Source of the DNA: Chloroflexota bacterium
Lineage (GTDB): Bacteria > Chloroflexota > UBA6077 > FW602-bin22 > JAMCVK01
Direction of reading: 5' to 3'
DNA: 64,000 bases
NCBI GenBank assembly: GCA_023475225.1
Contig: JAMCVK010000035.1
Coordinates: 11,212 to 75,211, forward strand
In this document: positions 9,442 through 18,935 of the stretch, piece after piece
Layout: the number at the start of each line of letters is the position of its first letter
Numbering within the stretch: the stretch's first letter is position 1
Notes under the pieces: generated by a model
Told to the model about the DNA's origin: nothing
Seen by the model: only the letters and a program-made list of their open reading frames with translations
Databases searched by the model: none
Program-made: the position numbers and the translations under genes

Positions 9442-11331
9442 CTATCTTTTCACCAGGATCTCCACGTGCACCCGTGTGCCTTGCCCTACACGGCTCTCGA
9501 CGCCCCACCGTCCGCCGAGCAACTCGGCGCGCTCGCGCATTCCCAGCAAACCTAGGCCGCGCTCGCTCTCGCCCTGCACCGCGAAAACTTGAGTGACTTC
9601 AAACCCGATTCCATCATCCGCGATTTCTAGCCTGACGCCTTCCGGCCCCAAGTCCAGGACGATGTGAACGTGGCGCGCACTAGCGTGTTTGATCACATTA
9701 GTCAGCGCTTCTTGTGCGATGCGAAACAGCGCAGTCTCGATGTCTGCGGGCAAGCGCCGTTCGGGACCGCGCAGGTCGAACGTGACGGCAATTCCGTTTG
9801 CCTGGATACGACTTTCGGCAAACCAGCGCAGTGCGGGAATCAACCCCAAATCGTCCAGGACGCTCGGACGCAAGTCGTAGATGGTGGTCTGCAATTCACG
9901 GACGCTGTCTGCGGCCGCGCTTCTCAAGCGCGCAACCACCTCGCCCGCTCGTGCCGCGTCCCTTTCCAGTATGGCTTCGGCGGTTTTCAATCCGAACACG
10001 AGCGCATTGAGCGATTGCCCGGTTTGATCGTGCAGTTCCCGCGCGATGCGTTTCCGTTCTTCTTCCTGAGCGCGAATGACTTTGGCAAGCAACTCGGCCC
10101 GTACGCGTTCTTTAGCTTCGAGCTCCTCCCACAGCTGCGCATTCTCCAACGCAACCCCCATCTGGCGTCCCACGGCTTCCAGCAGCAGCATTTCTTCTTC
10201 GCCAATCTGCTCTGGGTCTGCGCTTGCGACACTCAACACTCCCAGAATTTTTCCTTTGGCCCTTACGGGCACGGTGGCGTGACAGCGCAGTGGCTGACCG
10301 TCTAGCCCCACACCCCCTTGCGCCGCGCATTTCTCTCCCAAGCTCTGAATCATCATCGGCTCGCCATGGCGCAGCACCTGACCACACAGACAATCGGGAA
10401 AGCCGCCGGGTAGGGCGTGGTGCGTGACTGGCGCCGGTAATCCTACGCACGTCACCAGACGCGGCGGGCCACCATTGGTCAAAAAGACCCAACCAGTGGA
10501 GAGTTCCAACGCGGCGAGTGACTGTGTCAAGGCGCGTTCCAGGGCTTGTTGCACATCCAGCGGGCCACTCGTGGCAGTCGCCACCGCGTTTAGCGCGGCC
10601 AGTTCGCGGTTGCGGCGGCGCATCGCGGTAATTGTCGTATGCAGGTCGCGTGCCATCTGGTTGAATGCGCGCGCCAGATCACCGATTTCGTCACGCCGCG
10701 CCGTGTCTATCGTTTTGTCCAAGTGTCCTTGCCCCAAACGCAAGGCGTGCGCGGTCAAGCCTTCCAGCGGACGTGTGATGCGGCGTCCCAGCCCCAACGC
10801 CGCGACGCTGCCGACGAGAACGCCGAGGAACGTCAAGCCGGCAATGATCAGCGTCACCTGATTGACCAAGCGGACAATCTCTTGCTCGCTAAACCCAAGA
10901 TGTAGCTCCGCATCAAGTCCATCGAGTATGCGCCATGCCACATCGCGCACTGGACCACGTTCGGTATCCAGCAGGCGCAGGCTGGCGCGTTGGTCGAAGG
11001 GCAAGCGGTTAGCGGTCAACAGGTCGGCTGGGAAACCAGTGGGCAAAGTGTGAATCACTCGCGTTTCGCTGGGGTAGATGACGTAGGCAAATATAAGATT
11101 CGGATTGTTAGCAGTGAGATCATCCAACGTATTTTGCACGACAAACCAATTGCCGTCGAGGAGTGCATTCGCCACACTCTCCCCCGTCACCTGGGCAAGC
11201 GAGAGACCTTTATCGCTGGACTCGCGACGCAGCGCGTTCTGCACGACGGTGTGGATGGAGATCATCGTCAAAAGTCCCATCACTACGATAATCGCGGTTG
11301 TGGTCAAAATGATGCGCGTGCTGAATTTCAT
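9442..11331 (-). CDS. sensor histidine kinase (TM - periplasmic domain - TM - HAMP - GAF - HisKA_3 - HATPase)
   Basis: The H-box is [12 protein letters not shown] (NarX/HisKA_3 type). Also present are an N-box ([10 protein letters not shown]), G-boxes ([17 protein letters not shown]) and a HAMP segment (RPLEGL...[10 protein letters not shown]). The start is set at ATG 11331 (MKFSTRIIL), which overlaps the upstream stop by 4 bp (ATGA). Confidence 0.9.
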   Translation of the reverse strand: MKFSTRIILTTTAIIVVMGLLTMISIHTVVQNALRRESSDKGLSLAQVTGESVANALLDGNWFVVQNTLDDLTANNPNLIFAYVIYPSETRVIHTLPTGFPADLLTANRLPFDQRASLRLLDTERGPVRDVAWRILDGLDAELHLGFSEQEIVRLVNQVTLIIAGLTFLGVLVGSVAALGLGRRITRPLEGLTAHALRLGQGHLDKTIDTARRDEIGDLARAFNQMARDLHTTITAMRRRNRELAALNAVATATSGPLDVQQALERALTQSLAALELSTGWVFLTNGGPPRLVTCVGLPAPVTHHALPGGFPDCLCGQVLRHGEPMMIQSLGEKCAAQGGVGLDGQPLRCHATVPVRAKGKILGVLSVASADPEQIGEEEMLLLEAVGRQMGVALENAQLWEELEAKERVRAELLAKVIRAQEEERKRIARELHDQTGQSLNALVFGLKTAEAILERDAARAGEVVARLRSAAADSVRELQTTIYDLRPSVLDDLGLIPALRWFAESRIQANGIAVTFDLRGPERRLPADIETALFRIAQEALTNVIKHASARHVHIVLDLGPEGVRLEIADDGIGFEVTQVFAVQGESERGLGLLGMRERAELLGGRWGVESRVGQGTRVHVEILVKR

Positions 11332-12278
11332 TTGAGTAGCCCAAACCGCTCGGACCATACTTGTAGTTCCGCGTAGTCGCTGTGCTGCGCGCCGATAAAC
11401 CCGCGCGGCATTTCTGTGCGCTCCCAATGATACAACCCCGCGCTGTCTTTGCCTAGTGGATCAAACGCTAACAACGCCCGGCGTACCGCATCCACGATAT
11501 GGGGGTCAACACCTGGGCCAACCATGATGCCGCTCGATGGATAGTCCATTGAGAGCATGAATATCCGCACCAGGCCACGGTTCGCTAGACTCAACGCGAG
11601 GGTATCCTGCATGCCGCCCGCATCATAGCGTCCACTGATGACCGCGTTCGCGACTCCCACGTGCGAGCCTGTGTACTCGTAAGCAGCCAGGTCGCCCAGT
11701 TGAATGCCAGCCTGATCAAGCAGGATGCGCGGGATCAAATGCCCTTGCGTGGAATTTGCCGCGCCGAACGCAAAAGTTCGCCCGCGCAAATTGGCCAGCG
11801 TTTGAATCGGACTGGTAGGACGCGTGATAATCGCGGCACGATACACGCCACGTCCGTCGGCATTGAGACCGCGCACCAGTGGCTGCGCGCCGTATCGAGT
11901 ATGCGCTTGCAGATAACTTAGGGTACCGACGATGGCGAATTGAATTGTCCCGCGTCCCAGGTCGTCCACGACGTTACCTTCTTTGGGTGTTGGGTGCAAT
12001 TTGAAGCGATAGGTAGTCGTACGTTCGAGATAACGCAGGAGCGGGATGTACATTTTCACATCCTCTTTCGGCTCCAAACGCCGGTCAAAACCGATGTAAA
12101 GCGTGCCATCACCGATCGAACGCAGGCGCGCCAAATCGTTCGCGTCTGCCGCGCGCGCCAGGTTAACCTGGGTGGACGACTCGCGGATGTCACACCCTGC
12201 CAGGCCAAGGGCTATCGCAATAACACTAAGCCACAAAACGATTCGCGTTAAGATACTCCACCCCATTTCAAGTATCAT
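11328..12278 (-). CDS. PhnD-fold (phosphonate/oxyanion-binding type) periplasmic binding lipoprotein
   Basis: The signal peptide ends in a lipobox (LGLAGC). The motif FAFGAANSTQGHLIPR resembles the PhnD-family anion-binding loop. No ABC permease or ATPase gene is adjacent. The gene is translationally coupled to the kinase. Confidence 0.8.
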   Translation of the reverse strand: MILEMGWSILTRIVLWLSVIAIALGLAGCDIRESSTQVNLARAADANDLARLRSIGDGTLYIGFDRRLEPKEDVKMYIPLLRYLERTTTYRFKLHPTPKEGNVVDDLGRGTIQFAIVGTLSYLQAHTRYGAQPLVRGLNADGRGVYRAAIITRPTSPIQTLANLRGRTFAFGAANSTQGHLIPRILLDQAGIQLGDLAAYEYTGSHVGVANAVISGRYDAGGMQDTLALSLANRGLVRIFMLSMDYPSSGIMVGPGVDPHIVDAVRRALLAFDPLGKDSAGLYHWERTEMPRGFIGAQHSDYAELQVWSERFGLLK

Positions 12279-12281
12279 CCT

Positions 12282-13913
12282 CTAGGCCAAACCCAGTAAG
12301 CGGGACCGCAAAGCTCGCCAGAAGAGCCTGGCCTCTTCGACACGTAATAACCAGATCGCTACAAGGTAGGTTAGGACCCCCATGGCGATCGCTAACACAA
12401 CGTACTCTATCTGTCCCCCAATCGTTTGGGGGTTAGCTAGCCTGCCTAAAGCCGGAGCAAGCGGGTAGTACACCACAGGCATGCACAGGGCAGCCAGACC
12501 TGATTTAAGCACTGTGCTGGTCAACCCATACCCCTTAAGCCCAGCGACGATGCGCCAGAGCAAGGCGAAGAGCACCACCGCGTGCAGCGAGTTTTGGAGT
12601 GTATTAGCTAGAACTAGCCCAGGCATGCCCAGGGGACCGATGAGGCTGAGTCCAGCAACTAAGTATACAATGACACCCAGCAGACCGACGAGCATCGGTG
12701 TAAGAGTATTCTTACGGGCATAGAAGGCGAAGATAAGTAATTGATCGATGGCTACAAAAGGCAATTGCGGGGCATAGCAGAGGAAGGCGAGGGCTGTTAG
12801 TCGTGTCCCCTCCGCGTTGAAGGCCCCATGTTCGAACAGGAGGCGGATGAGAGGCAAACGCAGCATGACTAAACCGATGGTAGCCGGCAGAATGGCCAGA
12901 AGAGCCAGCTTCATTCCAAAGACAAGCGTCTCCTTGTAAGAGTCCAAGGACGAATCGCCGGTACTATTCTGACTGATTAGCGCCTCCCGACGTTCAGTTA
13001 CGATGATCCCGTTCACGGACATTTGCGCCGCTGTGCTGAAGCGTGACAGAGTAGGCAAGATGGCGAAGGCGGTGGCTGTCGCCACCAACCCAAGAGGGAA
13101 TTGAACTAACGTCGTCGCAAAGCGCATCACGGCCATACTTTCCTCGCCTGTGCGGGAAGCGAGGTTGCGGTCAATGATTACCCCGATTTGGGAAATTATT
13201 AAACCAAGGGCCACGGGCCCATACAGGCTGACTATCCTCTTCACCCCAGGATGACGCAGGTTAAGAGAAAAGGAAAAACGAAACCCCCGCAGTCCGGGCA
13301 ATTGGAGGATGATTTGCAGGATCGCTCCAGCCAATACACCAATGGCTAAGGCTGCTATACCAAACATGGGGGCAAGAGCAACAGCCAAAACGATGACGCC
13401 GAGGTTGAATGCGGCGACACAAAAGGCGGGATAAATAAACATCTGCCGCGCATAAAGGATAGCCGTGGTCACGCCCGATAGACCAAGAAAGATCACGGAG
13501 GGTAAGACGATACGGATCAGGCGGAGTGCTTCTGCTTGTGTTGCTTGATCTAGCCCGATGGCCAAGAGCCAAACCAATTGGGGAGCTAGAACGATCATGC
13601 TCACTGTAGCTATCCCCAGGATGAGTAGGGCGAAGTTCAGGATGATGCTGGCCACACGCCAGAGCTCATCCTTATCCTCCTGCTCAGCATAATCGCTGAA
13701 AACGGGGATGAGGGCCGCACTGATAGCTCCACCGATCAGCAGGTCATAGATCATGGTTGGCACAGTCAAAGCAGCCACAAAGGCAGAAGTAAGGCCGCTT
13801 GCGCCGAAGAGGATAGCGATAACCTGCTCCCGCACCAGGCCGAGGATTCGGCTAACCACATTGCCGAACATTATCAGCCCAGCGGCCGTAACAATCCTCC
13901 TCTTGGTTGTCAT
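12282..13913 (-). CDS. murJ: lipid II flippase MurJ/MviN
   Basis: The 543-aa polytopic ORF has an N-terminus (GNVVSRILGLVREQVIAILFGAS) characteristic of MurJ. Confidence 0.85.
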   Translation of the reverse strand: MTTKRRIVTAAGLIMFGNVVSRILGLVREQVIAILFGASGLTSAFVAALTVPTMIYDLLIGGAISAALIPVFSDYAEQEDKDELWRVASIILNFALLILGIATVSMIVLAPQLVWLLAIGLDQATQAEALRLIRIVLPSVIFLGLSGVTTAILYARQMFIYPAFCVAAFNLGVIVLAVALAPMFGIAALAIGVLAGAILQIILQLPGLRGFRFSFSLNLRHPGVKRIVSLYGPVALGLIISQIGVIIDRNLASRTGEESMAVMRFATTLVQFPLGLVATATAFAILPTLSRFSTAAQMSVNGIIVTERREALISQNSTGDSSLDSYKETLVFGMKLALLAILPATIGLVMLRLPLIRLLFEHGAFNAEGTRLTALAFLCYAPQLPFVAIDQLLIFAFYARKNTLTPMLVGLLGVIVYLVAGLSLIGPLGMPGLVLANTLQNSLHAVVLFALLWRIVAGLKGYGLTSTVLKSGLAALCMPVVYYPLAPALGRLANPQTIGGQIEYVVLAIAMGVLTYLVAIWLLRVEEARLFWRALRSRLLGLA

Positions 13914-13915
13914 AA

Positions 13916-15151
13916 TTATAGAGCTATCCTCTCCACTATCCCCTGCTCGACTCGAAAAAGAGCAGCTTGATCCAGGAACTCCGGGGTGAAATGGTGCAAA
14001 TCGGTGGTGGTGATGATCACCTGTTGCTCGGGGCCGATGATGGCTAAAACATGATTTCTTCTCGCCTCATCCAGCTCTGACATCACATCGTCCAGCAGCA
14101 AAATCGGCTCTTCATCAGTCATACTGCGCATAAAGCGGGTCTCAGCTAATTTCAGCGATAAGGCTATCGTGCGTTGCTGTCCTCGTGAGCCATAGATGTT
14201 CATGTCCCTCTCGTTGACCAGGAAGACAAGATCATCGCGATGTGGTCCCAAGAGGGACAATCCGTAGGCGATCTCCTTTGTTTGTAAAGAGTCTAGCTGC
14301 TGCTTGAATGCCTCACGTAGTCGGCCTAGATCCTCGCCCAGGTCACTATCACTGTTTGAATCGACCATCCCCCGCGACTGAATCTCATCTCCAGACCATT
14401 CCAGGCTGGACCGATATTGTATGCTCAGACTCTCGCCATCAGCCAGCTGTCGATGAATGGTATGAGCTAAGGAATTCAGACTAGCCACGGCGGCCAACCG
14501 CTGCCAGATCAGGTATGACCCGGCGTTTACCAATTCCTGATCCCAAAAGAGCAATTGCTCTGGTCGGCCATGACGCTCGCGAATCTGCCGGAGAAGATAA
14601 TTGCGTTGTAATAAGACCTTACTATAGTGAGCCAAGGTTCGAACGTAGCGTGGGTCAACCTGCGAGATGGTCACATCGAGATATCTGCGCCGCATATGTG
14701 GTGCACCCTGAATAAGATCAATATCCTGTGGTGAGAACATAACCACATTGACCTCCCCAATGATGTCAATGGCGCGCTTGGTCACATTATTAACTTTTAT
14801 GCGTTTGACGGTTGTTCTGAGCGGAGATATCAGCGCCGGGCCCAGGCCTGGTTCCTCCCTGGGAACTTCCTCTTTAATGAGAATCTCTATATTTAACACG
14901 ATATGTCCTCGTCGTACACGGGCAATGAGGCGAGCGAAAGCAGTCCCTTCGGTATTGGCCAACCAGTTAACCAGCTCTCGATCTGAACCGGCTCGGAATG
15001 ACTTTGTCGTGGCCAGGAAGTAGATCGCCTCCAAGAGATTGCTTTTCCCTTGAGCATTGCCCCCCAGCACGACTGTAACACGTGGTGGCAGCTCCAGATC
15101 TAAACGCGCATAGTTTCGAAAGTTGGTCAGCGAAAGATAGTTACAATACAC
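13916..15151 (-). CDS. recF: DNA replication/repair protein RecF
   Basis: Present are Walker A (GGNAQGKSNLLEA), an ABC-like signature (GSRGQQRTIALSLKLAE) and Walker B (ILLLDDVMSELD). Confidence 0.9.
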   Translation of the reverse strand: MYCNYLSLTNFRNYARLDLELPPRVTVVLGGNAQGKSNLLEAIYFLATTKSFRAGSDRELVNWLANTEGTAFARLIARVRRGHIVLNIEILIKEEVPREEPGLGPALISPLRTTVKRIKVNNVTKRAIDIIGEVNVVMFSPQDIDLIQGAPHMRRRYLDVTISQVDPRYVRTLAHYSKVLLQRNYLLRQIRERHGRPEQLLFWDQELVNAGSYLIWQRLAAVASLNSLAHTIHRQLADGESLSIQYRSSLEWSGDEIQSRGMVDSNSDSDLGEDLGRLREAFKQQLDSLQTKEIAYGLSLLGPHRDDLVFLVNERDMNIYGSRGQQRTIALSLKLAETRFMRSMTDEEPILLLDDVMSELDEARRNHVLAIIGPEQQVIITTTDLHHFTPEFLDQAALFRVEQGIVERIAL

Positions 15152-15408
15152 TTAAGGTGACTCAATCTTACAGCGTGTAGGAAAACCGAAATGTACCTTC
15201 CTTGGCCAAGCAAACACTGTAGCGATTATAACAATCACCCAGGGGGAGGGCAAGGAAAAGAGAGGCCCGAGGTTTAGGTCTAGCGACTAAGTTTCGGGTA
15301 CGGTTGTCGCTGGAGTGCTCCTGTGTTATATTGTGGTAGCCCCGCTGTAACTTCTGCAGAGATTTCACTCGAAGTTAAGATGATAAATGGTCTTTCGGGG
15401 AAAATAGA

Positions 15409-16425
15409 GTGAGCGAGAAGGTTACTGTAATCGTCGTCAACTGGAATGGAAGGGATTATCTCGAGACATGCCTCTCTTCAGTGTTAAGACAAAGCTACCC
15501 CAACTTTGAGATACTTCTTATCGATAATGCCTCAACCGATGGCTCGCTGGATCTGATAGAAGAGAGATTTCCTCAGGTGGGGGTGATCAGAAACAGGGTG
15601 AACTTAGGTTTTGCAGCGGCCAATAACATTGGTATCCAGCAAAGCAGTAGTGATTACATAGCTACGTTAAACAATGACACGAAAGCCGAGGAGACCTGGC
15701 TGGCAGAGCTGGTCAAAGCTGCCAGAACAGGTCCCGATATTGGCATGTGCGCCTCCAAGATGCTTTTTATGCACCAGCCGGCGATCATCAACTCGGCTGG
15801 CATCGCCCTGGACCGGGCAGGTATCGCCTGGGATAATCGTGGTGGAGAAGAGGATACACCGGACGATAGCAAGCCATATGAGGTGTTTGGTCCTTGCGCC
15901 GGGGCCGCCCTTTATCGCCGCGAGATGCTGATGGGGATCGGCTTATTTGACGAAGATTTCTTCGCCTACCTTGAGGATGTCGATCTGGCTTGGCGGGCGC
16001 GCCTGGCCGGCTGGCGCTGCCTGTATGTCCCGACCGCCAAAGTCTACCACATCCATTCAGCCACAGCCCGCGAAGGATCATCGTTGAAGACTTACCTATT
16101 AGGACGCAATAAGATTTGGACGATAATTAAGAACTATCCCTCACCTCATTTTTGGCTTTTCTGGCCAATTATCGTGGGTTACGATTTTGGTTCCGTGCTT
16201 TTTGCCTTGTTCTCCCGAAGAGATATTCGCCCTTTACAGGGCAGGTTGTCTGCTCTGACTCGCTTTGCTCCTATGTGGCGGAAGCGGAGAGTGGTGCAGC
16301 GGAATAGAAAAATATCCCCCACAGCAATGTGGCATTTGATGTATCCTCTGGAAAGGCCAGACAGGGTATTCAAGAGATATGGTCACCTTCGAGGCTATGA
16401 GAAACCGGAAGGGGACGGCCGGTGA
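15409..16425 (+). CDS. family 2 glycosyltransferase
   Basis: The N-terminus is VIVVNWNG, followed by IDNASTDGS and DxD-like LEDVDL, which is rhamnosyltransferase-like GT2 architecture. It uses a GTG start. Confidence 0.8.
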   Translation: MSEKVTVIVVNWNGRDYLETCLSSVLRQSYPNFEILLIDNASTDGSLDLIEERFPQVGVIRNRVNLGFAAANNIGIQQSSSDYIATLNNDTKAEETWLAELVKAARTGPDIGMCASKMLFMHQPAIINSAGIALDRAGIAWDNRGGEEDTPDDSKPYEVFGPCAGAALYRREMLMGIGLFDEDFFAYLEDVDLAWRARLAGWRCLYVPTAKVYHIHSATAREGSSLKTYLLGRNKIWTIIKNYPSPHFWLFWPIIVGYDFGSVLFALFSRRDIRPLQGRLSALTRFAPMWRKRRVVQRNRKISPTAMWHLMYPLERPDRVFKRYGHLRGYEKPEGDGR

Positions 16426-18935
16426 AGCGTATCACCGTCAGGGCTCTGCTCATACTACTACCTTTACTCTTACTTACGATCACCAGTTGTATTAGTATGA
16501 CTGACAATAAACAAGGTAGCGCGGCGCGTCCTGTCGGAGAAATCTATGGTTCGCAGCAAGTTGGACAGAGTTTCGTTTCTCATTACGCCGGTCTTAGCCA
16601 TATTGACGTTCTTTTAGCCACTTACGCCAGACAGAATACCGAGGAGGTCTCCTTCCACCTCAAACATAAGCCCTCTGACCCCAAAGATCTGATCACCATC
16701 ACGGTTAACGCCTCGGCTATCCAAGACAACGCCTTCCACTCCTTCGGTTTCCCTCCTCAGCCTGATTCGGCTGGTAAGTCCTATTTCTTCTATTTAAAGT
16801 CACTTCGTTCGAGACCAGGGGATGCTATCACCGTTTGGTACGACCCAGTGGATGTTTATGGCGAGGGCAGTCGTTACCTGAACGGTGAGCCGACCAGCGG
16901 TGATCTGGCCTTCGCCACTTACTACGAATATAGCCCTATGAGGGCCCTGGCCGACGTTTGGCATGGTCTGAGTGATAACTGGGAGCTATCTTTATCGGCT
17001 TTCCTCCTTTTCGTTCTGCCTGGTTATGCCCTCCTTTCTTTATTGTCTTTGTACCAGAGGGATATTATTGAGCGATTTATCATCTCAATAGGACTAAGTG
17101 TGGCCCTTATCCCCCTGCTATTGTTTATGGCCACGATGGCTGGGGCGAAGCTGAACAAAGATTGGCTCCTGGGGCTTATAGCTGCGAGCACGATCGTGGT
17201 TGCCGGACATCATCTAGCGAACCTGCGGCTACGGCCAAAACCTACCTCGGCCACGAGGGGGATGGCCCTCGAATCCGAGATGAGCATAGAAAGCAACAAG
17301 GCCCACGAGCTCCCCTCAATGTCCAGGGAAGAACTGATCATATCTTATTCAGTTTTGGGGGTCATTTTTCTGGTCTCTATGGTTGTTAGATTGCTTGTCG
17401 TGCGCCATCTTATGACCCCCATGTGGGGAGATTCATATCATCACACCATGATCGCCCGTCTCATTGTTGACAAAGGCAGCGTGCCAGACTCTTATTTACC
17501 GTATGCCCCGTTGTTCTCGTTTACCTATCATTTCGGCTTTCACGCTGTAGTAGCTTTCTTCCACTGGCTCAGTGACCGGCCCCTAACTGAGATGGTGATT
17601 CTGGTAGGGCAAATTCTGAATGGATTTGCGGTGTTGGGATCTTATCTACTTGCGGTCAAGCTGACGGGAGACAAGCGTGCTGGTCTGGTAGCCGCATTGA
17701 TCACTGGAACAATTTCATTGATGCCGGCGTACTACGTGAACTGGGGGCGCTACCCGCAGCTGGCAGGACAGGTGATCCTCCCCTTTGCCCTTGTGAGTGT
17801 GATGGAGGCTGTCGAGTGGCCAGGGCGAGACTGGCGTCGTTTAGGTTTGGCTGCCGTTTTTCTAGCTGGTTTGACCCTTACTCATTATCGCGTGCTTCTG
17901 TTCTCGGTGGCCTTTATTTGGCTTTATTTGCTCTGGGTGACGTGGATCCGCCGAAGGCGGATGAAGGATAAGCGCTCTCTCTGCGAACCGTGGATCAGGG
18001 GGATGATCATGGCCATAGCAGCTATCGTGCTTGTGGCTCCCTGGTTGGCGAATATTCTGATTAATTTTCTGCCGAAGTTCGTCTCCTCCCTGGCGATAGC
18101 GGCTAAGACAAGTCCAGCCTTCTTGGCCGAGTATAATGCCATCGGCGATCTCTGGTTTTTCGTTAGTCCCTATCTGCTTTGTCTAGCTATCGTTGGCGCT
18201 CTGCTGTCCATTTTCCTCAGACAAAGTAGGGTTATCCTAATCATCCTCTGGGTTATCCTTCTTTTTCTTATGGCTAATCCGGGTTACTTGAGATTGCCAG
18301 GCACAGGGGCGATAAACAACTTCACTATCCTCATCGCCCTATACTTGCCAATTTCCATCCTCATCGGCTTCCTCGCCGGTCGGGCTATAGAGGCCATCAC
18401 TATCCGTCTACCGCGCCTTCGGCACCTGTTGGCTCTCGCTCTGATCATCGTTGCGCTCCTAGGGGCTAAGAATATGCTTAGTCTTCTCGATCCGAGCTAT
18501 GCCCTGGTACTGGGTCCAGATGAGAAGGCGATGGAATGGATCAGGAGTAACACTCCAGTAAAGGCGAAATTTTTAGTAAATTCCTTCTTCGCCCGTGGTG
18601 GGGCAGTAGTGGTGGGTTCCGATGCTGGATGGTGGATTCCCTTACTGGCTGATAGGCAGAACACAGTGCCCCCTGATCGGTATACTGCAGAAAAGAAGGA
18701 GAGTCGCCATGAGTCCCAAGTAGCCGCCTTGGCTAAAGCGACAGAGGGCCCTTTAGATTCCGCTGATTCCCTGAGCCTTTTCCAGAGACAAGGTATAACG
18801 CATGTTTATATCGGCGCACGTGGGGGAATCATTAAGCCAGAGGAGTTGCTTAGCAGCCCACATTATCGTTTAATCTACCACGATGACGGCGTTTGGATCT
18901 TTAAGATAGAGTACGGGACGAAAGTGGACAAATGA
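16422..18935 (+). CDS. large polytopic membrane protein, GT-C-like glycosyltransferase candidate
   Basis: The 837-aa ORF has an N-terminal signal/anchor, then a soluble domain of about 170 aa, then at least 13 hydrophobic helices, then a soluble C-terminal domain of about 190 aa. The loop motif MWGDSYHH follows an early helix. The start overlaps the upstream stop by 4 bp. Confidence 0.55.
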   Translation: MKRITVRALLILLPLLLLTITSCISMTDNKQGSAARPVGEIYGSQQVGQSFVSHYAGLSHIDVLLATYARQNTEEVSFHLKHKPSDPKDLITITVNASAIQDNAFHSFGFPPQPDSAGKSYFFYLKSLRSRPGDAITVWYDPVDVYGEGSRYLNGEPTSGDLAFATYYEYSPMRALADVWHGLSDNWELSLSAFLLFVLPGYALLSLLSLYQRDIIERFIISIGLSVALIPLLLFMATMAGAKLNKDWLLGLIAASTIVVAGHHLANLRLRPKPTSATRGMALESEMSIESNKAHELPSMSREELIISYSVLGVIFLVSMVVRLLVVRHLMTPMWGDSYHHTMIARLIVDKGSVPDSYLPYAPLFSFTYHFGFHAVVAFFHWLSDRPLTEMVILVGQILNGFAVLGSYLLAVKLTGDKRAGLVAALITGTISLMPAYYVNWGRYPQLAGQVILPFALVSVMEAVEWPGRDWRRLGLAAVFLAGLTLTHYRVLLFSVAFIWLYLLWVTWIRRRRMKDKRSLCEPWIRGMIMAIAAIVLVAPWLANILINFLPKFVSSLAIAAKTSPAFLAEYNAIGDLWFFVSPYLLCLAIVGALLSIFLRQSRVILIILWVILLFLMANPGYLRLPGTGAINNFTILIALYLPISILIGFLAGRAIEAITIRLPRLRHLLALALIIVALLGAKNMLSLLDPSYALVLGPDEKAMEWIRSNTPVKAKFLVNSFFARGGAVVVGSDAGWWIPLLADRQNTVPPDRYTAEKKESRHESQVAALAKATEGPLDSADSLSLFQRQGITHVYIGARGGIIKPEELLSSPHYRLIYHDDGVWIFKIEYGTKVDK

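Noticed and set aside
9440-9508. Longer versions of the response regulator ORF (to 9508), the kinase ORF (to 11427) and the dxs ORF (to 34435).
   Set aside because: The extensions overlap the upstream genes and add non-conserved Arg-rich residues. The internal ATGs at 9439, 11331 and 34372 give canonical family N-termini and tidy gene junctions, including an ATGA overlap at 11328-11331.
13916-15151. recF sits 2 nt upstream of murJ instead of in a dnaA-dnaN-recF-gyrB context.
   Set aside because: The position is unusual relative to model organisms. However, recF is dispersed in many lineages, and nothing in the sequence suggests a functional link, so it is not reported as a finding.
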